From: Mobula hypostoma
Taxonomy: Eukaryota
Assembly (NCBI RefSeq): GCF_963921235.1
Contig: NC_086108.1
Span: forward strand, 11,222,001-11,286,000
Direction: 5' to 3'
Length of the DNA: 64,000 bases
Positions 25,125 to 36,407 of this stretch are shown here, in pieces (position 1 is the first letter of the stretch; each line of letters starts with the position of its first letter). A program made the translations under genes and the position numbers. A model generated the notes under the pieces. It made no database searches. It had not been told where the DNA came from and saw only the letters and a list, made by a program, of their open reading frames with translations.

Positions 25125-25810
25125 ATTTAGATTAGATTAGATTATGAGGACACTCAATCCTCATTTATTGTCATTTAGAAATGCATGGATTAAAAAATGA
25201 TACAATGTTCCTCCAGAATGATATCACAAGAAAACACAGGACAAACGAAGACTAAAACTGACAAAACCACATAATTATAACATATAGTTACAACAGTGCA
25301 AAGCAGTACTGTAATTTGATAAAGAGCAGACCATGGGCACGGTAAAAAACAGTCTCAAAGTCCCGATAGCCCCATTATCTCACGCAGATGGTAGAAGGGA
25401 GAAACTCTCCCTGCCATGAACCTCCAAGCGCAGCAAACTTGCAGATGCAGCACCATTGGAAGCACCTGACCGCAGCGGACTCTGAGTCCGTCTGAAAGCT
25501 TCGAGCCTCCGACCAGCCCTCCGACACCAAGCACTGAGCACCATCCTCTGCCGAGCACTTCGACCCCGCCCCAGCCACTGAGCAACAAGCAAAGCTGAGG
25601 ACTCGGGGCCCTCCCCTCCAGAGATTCTGGATCACACAGTAGCAGCAACAGCAAAGCAGGCATTTCAGAAGTTTCACCAGATGTTCCTCTGTGCTCTCAC
25701 GTCCGTCTCCATCAAATCAGGATTGCACACGGCACCCTACTTGACAGATAACAGACATTACCACCGGAGTGGCTGCTGCGAGCTGCGTCGCGCCGCCATC
25801 TTCTCCTCCC
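25125..25810 (-). mobile_element. non-autonomous retroposon-like element with (tctaa)n tail
   Basis: ttagattagattagatt tail with tttattgtcat; GC-rich head gcgccgccatctt; no coding capacity. Confidence 0.55.
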
Positions 25811-25829
25811 TCCTTTAATTTCAGCTTAA

Positions 25830-26290
25830 ATCAAAGTGTCTGCCTCTTGCTCCACGGGAGGAGAGGCGGATGGTGGGGGAGCTACATGGCCTCGGTCATG
25901 CCGAGGTCCCGGCCTCAAGCCACGTTGTGCCTGTTGACAGCTGCCAGGGGAGAGGTGTTGGAGCCGGAGTGCTCCACCGGGGGCAGTGTGGTGCGGCGTC
26001 CGAGCTGGAGTAGGTGCTGCCCCCAAGTGTTTGTTTGGTACAAGACAAGCTGTACTGTGGTTGAATGCAGATTTCTGTAGAATAAATGGCTTGGGTCTGA
26101 ACTATATTTTTTGAGGAGCTGCATCCTGCTGATATCTTTATGTGCTTGCTATCTTGTGTGTGCTACGTGTGCTTTGTGCCATGTGACTGTGGGTGCTGTG
26201 TCTTGCACCTTGGCCCGAGAAGAACAATGTCTCGATTGGCTGTATTCACGTACGGTTGAATGATAATTGAACTTGAATTGAGTTGAATAT
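25830..26290 (+). mobile_element. non-autonomous retroposon-like element with (ttgaa)n tail
   Basis: 3' end ggttgaatgataattgaacttgaattgagttgaa; similar tail on minus at ~16930-17030. Confidence 0.5.
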
Positions 26291-26334
26291 CTGTGGCTAA
26301 TGAACTGATTTGTAAATGTATTACTGGTCCTCCA

Positions 26335-27370
26335 TTATTGGAATGAACGAAGGTGAGAGGTGATTTGATAGAGGTGTACAAGATGATAAGAGGCATAGAC
26401 TGAGTGAACTGCCAGAAACTTTTTCCCAGGGTGGAAGTGGCTAATACAAGGGGTCATAAGGTGATTGGAGTAAAGTATAGGAGAGATGTCAGAGGTAGGA
26501 TTTGATTTTTTTTTTACAAAGGGTACGGTGAGTGTGTGGAACTCACTGCCAGGGTGGTTGTAGAGGCAGATTTTAGGGACATTGACAGAGTTTATCGGAA
26601 AGAGAAATCAATGTTCACGCCATCAGGTTCGAGGCTACCCAGATGGAATACAAGGTGTTGCTCCTCCACCCTGAGGGTGGCCTCATCTTGGCGCAAGAGG
26701 AGGCCATGGCCCGACATGTCTGAACAGGAATGGGAATGGGAATTAAAGTGTTTGGCCATTGGGAAGTCCTGCTTGTGGTGGTTGGTACAAAGGTGCATGA
26801 CGAAGCAATTTACGGCAGGCCTCACCGATGTAGAGGAGGCCGCATCGGGAGCACCGGACACAATAGACGACCCCAGCAGATTTGCAGGTGAAGAGTTGCC
26901 TCACCTGGAAGGACTCTTTGGGGCTCTGAATTGAGGTGAGGGGAGGGAAGGGGTAGCACTTAGGTTGATTGCACGGATAAATGCTGAGAGGGAGATTAGT
27001 GGGGAGAGACAAATAGTCAAGGGAATCACAGAGGGAGTGATCCCTGCGGAAAGCAGAGGGAGGAGGTAAAGATATGTTTAGTGGTAGGAACTCTCTGGAG
27101 GTGGCAGAAGTGCCAGAGGATAATGCGTTGGATGTGGAGGCTGATGGGGTGGTAGGTAAGGACAAGAGGAACTCTCTGATGGTTAAGATGGTGGGAAAGT
27201 GGGGTGAGCTTTTGAGGGACATTTAGGAAACTCTTAGACAGACACATGGAAGATAGAACAGTGAAGGGCTATGTCGGATGAAGGGTTAGATTGATCTTAC
27301 AGGGGGTTTCTATGGGCCAGCACAACACCATGGGCCGAAAGGCCTGTACTGTGCTGTACCATGTTCCATG
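26335..27370 (+). mobile_element. CR1 3' fragment interrupted by a Penelope fragment
   Basis: CR1 motifs on both sides; agggacatt duplicated at 26575-26583 and 27215-27223. Confidence 0.75.
26590..27208 (-). mobile_element. Penelope-like element, GIY-YIG endonuclease fragment
   Basis: FTCKSAGVVYCVRCSRCGLLYIGE; PMAKHFNSHSH; RVEEQHLVFHLGSLEPDGVNIDFS. Confidence 0.88.
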
Positions 27371-27749
27371 TCATTACCGTGCCCGTTCTTGTCTTTCTTG
27401 CACAGATTCACTGTTGTCTGAGCTTCACAAAGGCTTTGCCTGAGCAGAAAGTGAGCTGGCCAAGTCACACAAGAACAAATCACATGTCAGCACATCCTTT
27501 CTTAGATAAGAGACACAATACTCCGAGTGAGGCCTCACCAGTGCCTTATAAATCCTCAACATTACACCCTTGCTTTTATTTTCTCATCCTCTTGAAATGA
27601 ACACAAAAGAATTTATTCTTCATTTAGAAGGAGGGGTTACGAGCTCCTTGTTTGTGCGGTCTTCGACAAAACTGTTTCTTCCTCACCAGCACTGTTCGCA
27701 AAATCAAAAAATCAAGTTCAAGTTTATTGTCATTTGACTGTACATCTGG

Positions 27750-28290
27750 CCTCCGTTGTTCGGGGTTGACGATGGATGTTGTGTGCTAGATATCTATCTG
27801 ATATGCAAGACAGGGCAGTGCAATACAGAGACCAGGCTGTTATCCATGTACCAAGCTTCCCCTCTCCATGCCTTTGACAAATCCGAAGGAACGGCGGAGA
27901 CCGATGCAGTTTGGCACAAGCGATGTCACAGGAGTTGCCAGTCAGCGTTGAACTCAATGCTCCAGCTCCAGGTTATTCCCTCTGGGTTTACTCCTGAAGC
28001 CTTCCCAGTGAGTGGGTATAGCCTCATGGCAGCGGAGGTTTGAGATCAGAGTTTCCCTTCTCCGAGATGAGCTGCCAATTGTGCAAAACAGTAGGTTTTA
28101 CAGTGCCAGTAGCCCACCTTTGCCCCTTCTCCTGTCAATAGAAATGGTTCTGGCAGATTTAGTCGCTGAGCCATGCGTGAAGGCCATGGTTGTCAGAGGT
28201 TATTTGAGATGCATGCCTTTGGGAGCATTTAATAGGTATTGGGAGCTTCTCCCCATTACCACCCCTGGTTATAATGGCATAAAGGAACCA
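27750..28290 (-). mobile_element. non-coding RTE-like dispersed repeat, same family as the Gypsy target at 48798-54645
   Basis: reverse complement matches gtaatggggacaagctccc...ctcaaatagcctctgacaacc and the 54500-54640 segment. Confidence 0.65.
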
Positions 28291-28359
28291 CAATCAAGAT
28301 ATTGTGGGAATAATATCGTGTTAGGGATCTGGAGCTGTGGCTCGATGACCTACAGCTTA

Positions 28360-31348
28360 TTAGGGAGAGTGAGCAGGAAATAGATAGGAGCTACAAGGGG
28401 TTAGTCACCCCGAGGCTGCAGAAGTTTGACAAGTGGGTGACTGTCAGAGAAGGGCAGGGAAGAGCTCAGATAGTAGAGAGCACCCCTGCGGACATTCCCC
28501 TCAGTAACCGTTATCTCGTTTTGGATGCGGTTGAGGGGAATAACCTGACAGAAGACGACCAAGGCGATCAGGTCTCTGGCACTAAGCCTGGTTCCATGGT
28601 GCAGAAGGGAGAGAAGAAGATGAGGAATGTGGTAGGCAAAGGGGATTCCATAGTGAGGGGTTCTGTCAGCCTGATAGAAATATCCGCATGGTATGTTGCC
28701 TTCCTGGTGCCAGGATGTGGATTGCAAATTACAGCAGGAGATAGAAAAGTCAGGTCAGAAGGGCAATGTCATAATCATTAGGGATTCTAACATGAAAGTG
28801 GATTGGGAAAACTAGGCCAGTACTGGACTTCAAGAGAGAGAATTTGTAGATCGGCTGTGCTGGATTGGGTGTTGTGCAATAATCCAGAGGTGATAAGAGA
28901 GTTTATGGTTAAGGAACCCTTTGGGAACAATGATCACAATATGATCAAGTTCACTTTGAAACTTGAGAAGGAGAAACTAAATTCCACTGTGTCGGATTCT
29001 CAGTGGAATAAAGGAAATTACAATGGCATGAGAGGGGAACTGGCCAAGGTTCACTGGAAAGGGACACTAGCAGGAAGGACAGCAGAGCAGCAATGGCTGG
29101 ACTTTCTGCAAAAAATGAGGGAAGTGCAAGACAGATGTATTCCAAATAAGAATAAATTTTTGAATGGAAGAAGGACACTACCGTAGCTGACAAGTGTAGT
29201 CAGAGCAAAAGTAAAAGTAAAAGAGAATGCATATAAGAAAGCCAAAGTTATTGGGAAGCTTTTAAAAACTTGCAGAAGGAAACTAAGAAGGTCATTAGGA
29301 TGGAAAAGATGAATTATGAAAGGAAGCTGGCAGCTAATATCAAAGAAGATGTTAAAAGCTTTTTTAGGTGTATAAAGGGTAAAAGAGAGTTGAGGGTAGA
29401 TATAGGATCAATAGAAAAGACATTTGCAGTATACTGGACATTCAAGAGTGTCAGGGAAGTGAAGTAGGTGCAGTGAAAATTATGACTGAGAAGGTGCTTA
29501 GGAAGCTTAATGGTTTGAGGGTGGATGAATCTCCTGGACCTGATGGAAAGCACCCTTGGGTTCTGAAGGAAGTAGCTGGAGAGATTGAGGAGGCACTAGC
29601 AATGATCTTTCAAGAATCAAGAGATTCTGGCATTGTACTGGATGACTGGAAAATTGCAAATATTACTCTGCTATTTAAGAAAGGTGAGAGGTAGCAGAAA
29701 GGAAACTATAGACCTGTTAGCCTGATATCAGTGGTTGGGAAGTTGTTGGAATCGATTGTTAGGGATGAGATTACGGAGTACCTGGAGGCACATGACAAGA
29801 TAGGCCAAAGCCAGCATGGTTTACTGAAAAGAAAATCCTGCCTGACTAACCTACCGCATTTTTTTGAGGAAATTACAAGCAGGGTAGACAAAGGTGATGT
29901 GGTGTACTTGGGTTTTCAGAAGGCCTTTGACAAGGTGCTGCACATGAGGCTGTTTAGCAAGATAAGAGCCCATGGAATTACAGGGAAGTTACTAGCATGG
30001 GTGGTTTTGCATTGGCTGATCGGCAGAAAACAGCGAGTGGGAATAAAGGGATCCTATTCTGGCTGGCTGCCGGTTACCAGTGGAATTCCACAGGGGTCGG
30101 TTTTGGGACCGCTGTTTTTTACGATGTATGTCAATGATTTAACTATGGGATTAATGGATTTGTGGCTAAATTTGCTAATGATACAAAGATAGGTGGAGGA
30201 GTGGGTAGTGTTGATGAAACAGAGTCTGCAGAGAAACTTAGATAGTTTAGGGGAATGGGCAAAAAAGTGGCAAATGAAATACAATGTTGGAAAGTGTATG
30301 GTCATGCAGTTTGGTGGAAGAAATAAATGGACAGACTATTATTTAGATGGGGAGAGAATTCAAAATGTAGAGATGCAAAGGGACTTGGGAGTCCATGTGC
30401 AGGATACCCTCAAGGTTAACCTCCAGGATGAGGCGGTGGTGAAGAAGGTGAATGCAATGTTGGCATTCATTTCTAGAGGTCTAGAATATAAGAGCAGGGA
30501 TGTGATGTTGAGGCTCTATAATGCACTCGTGAGACCACACTTGGAGTATTGTTTGCAGTTTTGGCCTCCTTATTTTAGAAAGGATATGCTGATGTTGGAT
30601 AGGATTCAGAGAAGATTCATGAGAATGATTCCAGGAATGAAAGGGTTACCATATGAGGAATGTCTGGCAGCTTTTGGGCTGTATTCCCTGGAGTTCAGGA
30701 GAATGAAGGAGGATCTCATAGAAACATTCGGAATGTTAAAAGGCTTGAACAATTTAGATATGGCAAAGTTATTTCCCATAGTAGGGGATTCTAGGACAAG
30801 AGAGCATGACTTCAGGATCGATGGGCATCCTTTTAGAACTGAAATGTGGAGAAATTACTTTAGTCAGAGGTTGGCATCCCTTGCATCGAAGCTTGGTGTG
30901 ACCATTCACTGCAACAGAACTTCCCTCAGCTGTCTCGGACCCCACGATGCCGCTGGATCCGGGAGGGGATGTCGAGAGGGTGGGCTAGACCTGTGCAACC
31001 CCCTACTCACCTAAAATCCATTCACGCACACGCTGTTCCTTTCTGAGGAGTGGGGTCAACCCTACTAACTGACTGAAAGGAACCATCATCATCCTATGGG
31101 ATGGATAGTCAGAGAGAGAGGTAAATCTGTGGAATTAGTTGCCATGAGCGGCTGTGGAGGCCAAGTCATTGGGTGCATTTAAGGCAGAGATAGATAGGTT
31201 ATTGATTAGCCAGGGCATCAAAGGGTATAGGGAGAAGGCAGGGGTGTGGGGATGACTGGAAGAATTCGATCTGCCCATGATCGAATGGCGGAGCAGACTT
31301 GACAGGCCAAATGGCCTACTTCTGCTCCTATATCTTACGGTCTTATAA
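28360..31348 (+). mobile_element. CR1 LINE (ORF1 fragment, partial APE, RT, 3' UTR), decayed and internally deleted
   Basis: STPADIPLSNRYLVL; VLDWVLCN...NDHNMIKF; ESPGPDG; SGIPQGSVLGP; LVRPHLEYCLQFW. Confidence 0.92.
30870..31105. mobile_element. ~236-bp unclassified insertion in CR1
   Basis: tagtcagag duplicated at 30861-30869 and 31106-31114; CR1 resumes with gtaaatctgtggaat. Confidence 0.65.
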
Positions 31349-31354
31349 TAAGCA

Positions 31355-31650
31355 GAAGAGATGCTGGAAGTCCAGAGTGACAAACACACAAAATGTTAAA
31401 GGAATTAAGCAGGTCAGCCAGCACCTATGGAGAGGAATAAATAGTCAATGTGTTGGGCCAAGACTCTTCATCGGGACTGACCTCACCTGGTCACCTGTCA
31501 CCCGCCAACTTGTAGTCCATCCCCTCCCCTTACCTTCCTTTTCAGTCCTAATGAAGGGTCTTGGCCCAAAACATCGATGGTTTATGTCCCTCTGTAGGAG
31601 CTGCCAGCCCTCCAGTGTTCCTCCAGCATTTTGTGTGTGTTGCACTCAGA
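31355..31650. mobile_element. fold-back Penelope-derived short element
   Basis: caacacacaaaatg... and ...cattttgtgtgtgttg arms; cagtcctaatgaagggtcttggccc core. Confidence 0.7.
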
Positions 31651-31754
31651 CATTTAAAATAGGGCCTCCCTCGCAGGACCACCAATACAGCTGGACAGAT
31701 GTGACGCCAGTGTGTGGCAGAGGGTGCAATACAAGCAGGAATCAGAAAGGTGCA

Positions 31755-33040
31755 ATGACATCATGAGGGATCCCACCCACCCTGCTCATGGACTGTTTAT
31801 CCCACTCCCATCAGGGAGGAGGCTACGTAGCATCCACACCAGGATCACCAGATTCAAAAACAGTTACATTCCCCAAGCAGTAAGGCTGATCAAGAACTCC
31901 GCCCTCTAACCCACCCCTCCACACTCCCAACCACCACTACTTCATCAATTCCACTCACTAACTCACTCCTCCACATCCCCAACCATCACTACTTCATCAA
32001 TTCCACTCACTAACCCACTCCTCCACATCCCCAACCATCACTACTTCATCAATTCCACTCACTAACTCACTCCTCCACATCCCCAACCATCACTACTTCA
32101 TCAATTCCACTCACTAACTCACTCCTCCACATCCCCAACCATCACTACTTCATCAATTCCACTCACTAACCCACTCCTCCACATCCCCAACCACCACTAC
32201 TTCATCAATTCCACTCACTAACTCACTCCTCCACATCCCCAACCATCACTACTTCATCAATTCCACTCACTAACTCACTCCTCCACATCCCCAACCATCA
32301 CTACTTCATCAATTCCACTCACTAACTCACTCCTCCACATCCCCAACCATCACGACTTCATCAATTCCACTCACTAACTCACTCCTCCACATCCCCAACC
32401 ATCACTACTTCATCAATTCCACTCACTAACTCACTCCTCCACATCCCCAACCATCACTACTTCATCAATTCCACTCACTAACCCACTCCTCCACATCCCC
32501 AACCATCACTACTTCATCAATTCCACTCACTAACCCACTCCTCCACATCCCCAACCACCACTACTTCATCAATTCCACTCACTAACTCACTCCTCCACAT
32601 CCCCAACCATCACTACTTCATCAATTCCACTCACTAACTCACTCCTCCACATCCCCAACCATCACTACTTCATCAATTCCACTCACTAACCCACTCCTCC
32701 ACATCCCCAACCACCACTACTTCATCAATTCCACTCACTAACTCACTCCTCCACATCCCCAACCATCACTACTTCATCAATTCCACTCACTAACCCACTC
32801 CTCCACATCCCCAACCATCACTACCTTATCATTTCCTGTCAGAATCACCTTAGGTACAGACACTCCTGTGCCCAGCATCACTTTATGAGCATACAATCAA
32901 TCTATGTATATAAGCTATCTGATGTATTTATATTTATTGTGTTCTTTAACTTGTGTTTTTTGTTTGTGCTGCATCAGATCCAGGGTAACACTTTTTTTTT
33001 CTCATTTACACTCGTGTACTGGAAATGACGTTTTGAATTC
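31755..33040 (+). mobile_element. Rex1/Babar-like LINE 3' end containing a minisatellite
   Basis: IMRDPTHPAHGLFIPLPSGRRLRSIHTRITRFKNSYIPQAVRL C-terminal motif. Confidence 0.75.
31905..32825 (+). repeat. 52-bp minisatellite, about 17 near-identical copies, almost G-free on plus
   Basis: unit ccactcactaactcactcctccacatccccaaccatcactacttcatcaatt. Confidence 0.95.
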
Positions 33041-33317
33041 CTTTCACCCTGTGTTGGGAACCTCTGGTCACATTGAGTTTCAGGATGAGTTGCACTTATA
33101 TTTTACGTAAATCATAAAAGTAATGATATTTTAATCATTTGGTGAGGGAATAGTTTTACAAGATAAATGATGCGTTACACTTATGAAGTGCTTTTCACAG
33201 CAGCAAGCAGCTGATAGGTTCTGACACATTGTGATAAAAGTTAGTTTTCTGATGTATTTGTTGTTGAAGAACCTCCTCCTTCCCTCCACCTCAGTAACCC
33301 GGTTCTCCACAGCTGGC

Positions 33318-33565
33318 CTTGGAACAGAGATGAGGAGGAATTTCTTTAGCCTGGGGGTGGTGAATCTGTGGAATTCATTGTCACAGACAGCTGTGGAGGC
33401 CAAGTCACTGGGTACATTTAAAGTGGAGATTGATAGGTTCTTGATTAGTTGGGGAGTCAAAGGTTACGGGGAAAAGGCAGGAGAATGGGGTTGAAAGGGA
33501 TAATAAATCAGCCATAATGGAATGGTGGAACAGACTTGATGGGCTGAATGGCCTAATTCTGCTGC
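33318..33565 (+). mobile_element. CR1 3' end
   Basis: TEMRRNFFSLGVVNLWNSL. Confidence 0.85.
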
Positions 33566-35583
33566 AACGTCCAGGCTGAAATATTTCACATTCTCATTAA
33601 ATCCTCCAGTTGCTGGATCAGTTGATGTTTCGGGCCGGGACCTTTCATCAAGCCTAATATACTCTCCATGCTTGTGTTCCCATCCAACGCCTGCGGATAA
33701 TTCTTTGTCCCACCCGCCCTGGGTCAGTCTCCTTCACTTCCACAAGTGAGGGGCAGGAGAGGAACGGTCTGTCTCTCATGCATCAATGTTGCTCGGTAAT
33801 TATGAATTCTCCAAAGTCTTTCCACGCAGATATGTCACCTCTTCATTCCCCCCAATAACTGATCCACATCCCCCCCACCCTTTCAATCCACTACTGAGAC
33901 TCTCCCCATTTCACAACTTGTAAAAGTTAGACCATAAGAGTTGTGGTGCTTGGAAGAGCTGGGAAGTGTTGGTTAGGATAGTATTCTGGCAGGATTGAGT
34001 GGTCTGTATGAGAAGATGTCTTCAGCTGAAGATCTTTGAACATGGTAACGTAGTAGTCAATGGAATACTCTTAGATTGCAAACGACCTTGGTCCAATCCC
34101 GACACCATCTGCAAGGAGTTTCTATGTCCTCTCTGTAACAGTATGGGATTCCTCCGGGTGCTCTGGTCTCCTCCCACATTGCAAAGACGTACAGGTCAGT
34201 AGGTTATTTGGTCACATGGGTGCAACTGGGTAGCGTGGGCTCATTGAGCCAGAAGGACTGGTTACCACGCTGATCTTGAAATCAAATAAATATCTGCACT
34301 GTTGAGTCCAACCCTTCCTTCAGCTGCAGTAAGTCTGCTGCCTGAGGGGGTTTGGAGGTTCACGTGAACCTCCACCAGTTCAGACTTCTCAGGAAGGCAC
34401 ACACCAGTGACGCCCATCAGCACGACATGTTGGGAATTTAACAGTGGCGGCATGGGTTGTGTGAACGGTGTTCTCACCCACGGAGGCTTCAGGATGAAGG
34501 TGATCATTCCCACGTGGCCCATTCTGCCTCAGTGTAAACTGAATCATGTAATACCATAATATCCTTTGTCAAAGATCGTTAAAGGTTAGTTTTATTTGTC
34601 ATATATATAAAGTTAAAAAGTTTAAAGTACATTCATTGTCAAAGCAGGTTCAACGTTCAAAATAAATTTTATTATCGAGGTACATGTATATCTCCATATA
34701 CAACCCTGAGATTAATTTTCCTCTGGGCATACTCAGCCAAACTCTAGAATAGTGACTATAACAGGATCATTGAAAGATCAACCAGAGTGCAGAAGACAAC
34801 AAACTGTGCAAATGCAAATATAAATTAATAGCAATAAATAATAAGAACATGAGATAATGAGACAAGGAATCCTTAAAGTGAGATCATTGGTTGTGGGAAC
34901 ATCTCAATGGATGGGCAAGTGAGTGTAGTTATCCCCTTTTGTTCAAGAACCTGATGGTTGAGGGTAGTAACTGTTCCTGAACCTGGTGGTGTGAGTCCTG
35001 AGGCTCCTGTACCTTCTACCTGATGGGAGCAGCAAGAAGAGAGCATGGCCTGGGTGGTGAGGATCTCTGATGACGGATGCTGCATTGCTATTATGGCATT
35101 TCATTTAGATGTGCTCAGTAGTTGGGAGGGCTTACCTGTGATGAACTGAGACAAATCCACTACCTTTTGTAAGATTTTCCATTCAAAGGCATTGGTGTTT
35201 CCATATCAGGTCATGAAACAACCAGACAATACATTCTCCACTACACATCTATAGAAGTTTGTCAAAGTTTTAGATGTCAAGCCAAATCTCCACAGACTCC
35301 TAAGCAAGTAGACGTGCTGTTGTGCTTTCTTCGCAATTGCATTTACGTACTGGGGGTCCAGAACAGATCCTCTGAAATAGGAATCTAAAGCTGTTAATCC
35401 TCTCCACCAGGACTGGCTCATGGACCTTTGGTTCCCTTCTCCTGAAGACAGTAATCAGTTCCTAAGTCTTGCTGACCCTGAGTGAGAGGTTGTTGTGGCA
35501 CCACTCAGCCAGATTTTCAATCTCCCTCCTGTATGCTGATTAATCACCACCTTTGATTTGGCCAATGACAGTGGTGTCATCAG

Positions 35584-36125
35584 TCAGTCCCGAATCTGGG
35601 GTTGGCGGCTATGCACCTCCATCTTCTTCGATCTTGCGACAGCACCGAGTACAGCCTCTCCTCCAGTTTGTTCTCGCTGGCGCCTTGGCACCGCCCGCCG
35701 AACTCGAGCCTGAGGCTGTGTTGGCCTCCAGCCGCGGCCGCTCCTTCGAGCTCGGCCCTTCCTTAGGCGGAGGCCTTGGGCAGGTCCAGGTACACGGTAC
35801 AGCGCCCAAGTTCATCAGGTCTCTTCTAATGAGGTGCATAGCATACGATTTGTAGATACGTGGTGAGGCTTTAATCTCTTCCATGGAAGATGGCCGTTGG
35901 CTCACAAGGAGCTCATCCGCCCTTTGTCAGGTCTTGTTTTTTTCAGTCCTGCTGGGTGTCCTCACACCCTCCTCACCAGACTAAGTCTGGTGGGGGAGCC
36001 AGCCTAAGTCGCCGACTACTCGACCACAGCCCCCGGCCGAGCGCCAGGCGCCTGCCCCCCACCGAATCTCTCGGAGCATCTGGCACCCGACCGAAAACCA
36101 TGGTCGAGCGGCCAGCGACCAAACC
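35584..36125 (-). mobile_element. composite non-autonomous retroposon: hairpin head + structured middle + host-gene fragment + RTE-like 3' tail
   Basis: 11-bp TSD ggtgtcatcag (35573-35583) / ggcgtcatcag (36126-36136); tail reads SQDRRRWRCIAANPRFGTD*, like RTE ORF ends. Confidence 0.8.
35639..35803 (-). pseudogene. ZFTRAF1: circularly permuted fragment of ZFTRAF1 (CYHR1) 5' coding exon
   Basis: minus strand reads CTVYLDLPKAS, then EGPSSKERPRL...(frameshift)...[13 protein letters not shown]; vertebrate ZFTRAF1 as recalled reads PKKRLR...[26 protein letters not shown]. Confidence 0.75.
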
Positions 36126-36407
36126 GGCGTCATCAGCAAACTTAAATATGGCACTGAAGCCATGCTTAGCCACATAGTCATAAGTGTAAGGCGAGTAGAG
36201 CAGGGGGCGAAGCACACATCTCTGTGCTGTACAGAAATTCATCCTGCAGGCAGCCACAAAATAGAGAAACACAACAGAATCCACTAAAACCTCACACAAC
36301 AAGAATGTCAAACACTTAATGTGCGAAAAAGAACAAATTGAGCAAACAATTTTTAAGAAGTAAATAAATAATTCACAGAGGATGAACCACAGAGTCCCCA
36401 AAAGTGA

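Larger units (their letters stand above)
34620..36230 (-). mobile_element. Rex1/Babar-like LINE RT C-terminal fragment and 3' UTR, split by the 542-bp insertion
   Basis: YTYDYVAKHGFSAIFKFADD then TTVIG; AKKAQQHVYLLRSLWRFGLTSKTLTNFYRCVVENVLSGC. Confidence 0.8.

Noticed and set aside
35639..35803. The functional ZFTRAF1 gene locus
   Set aside because: Segment order is permuted, it has a frameshift and stop, no downstream exons are present, and it lies inside a TSD-flanked insertion.
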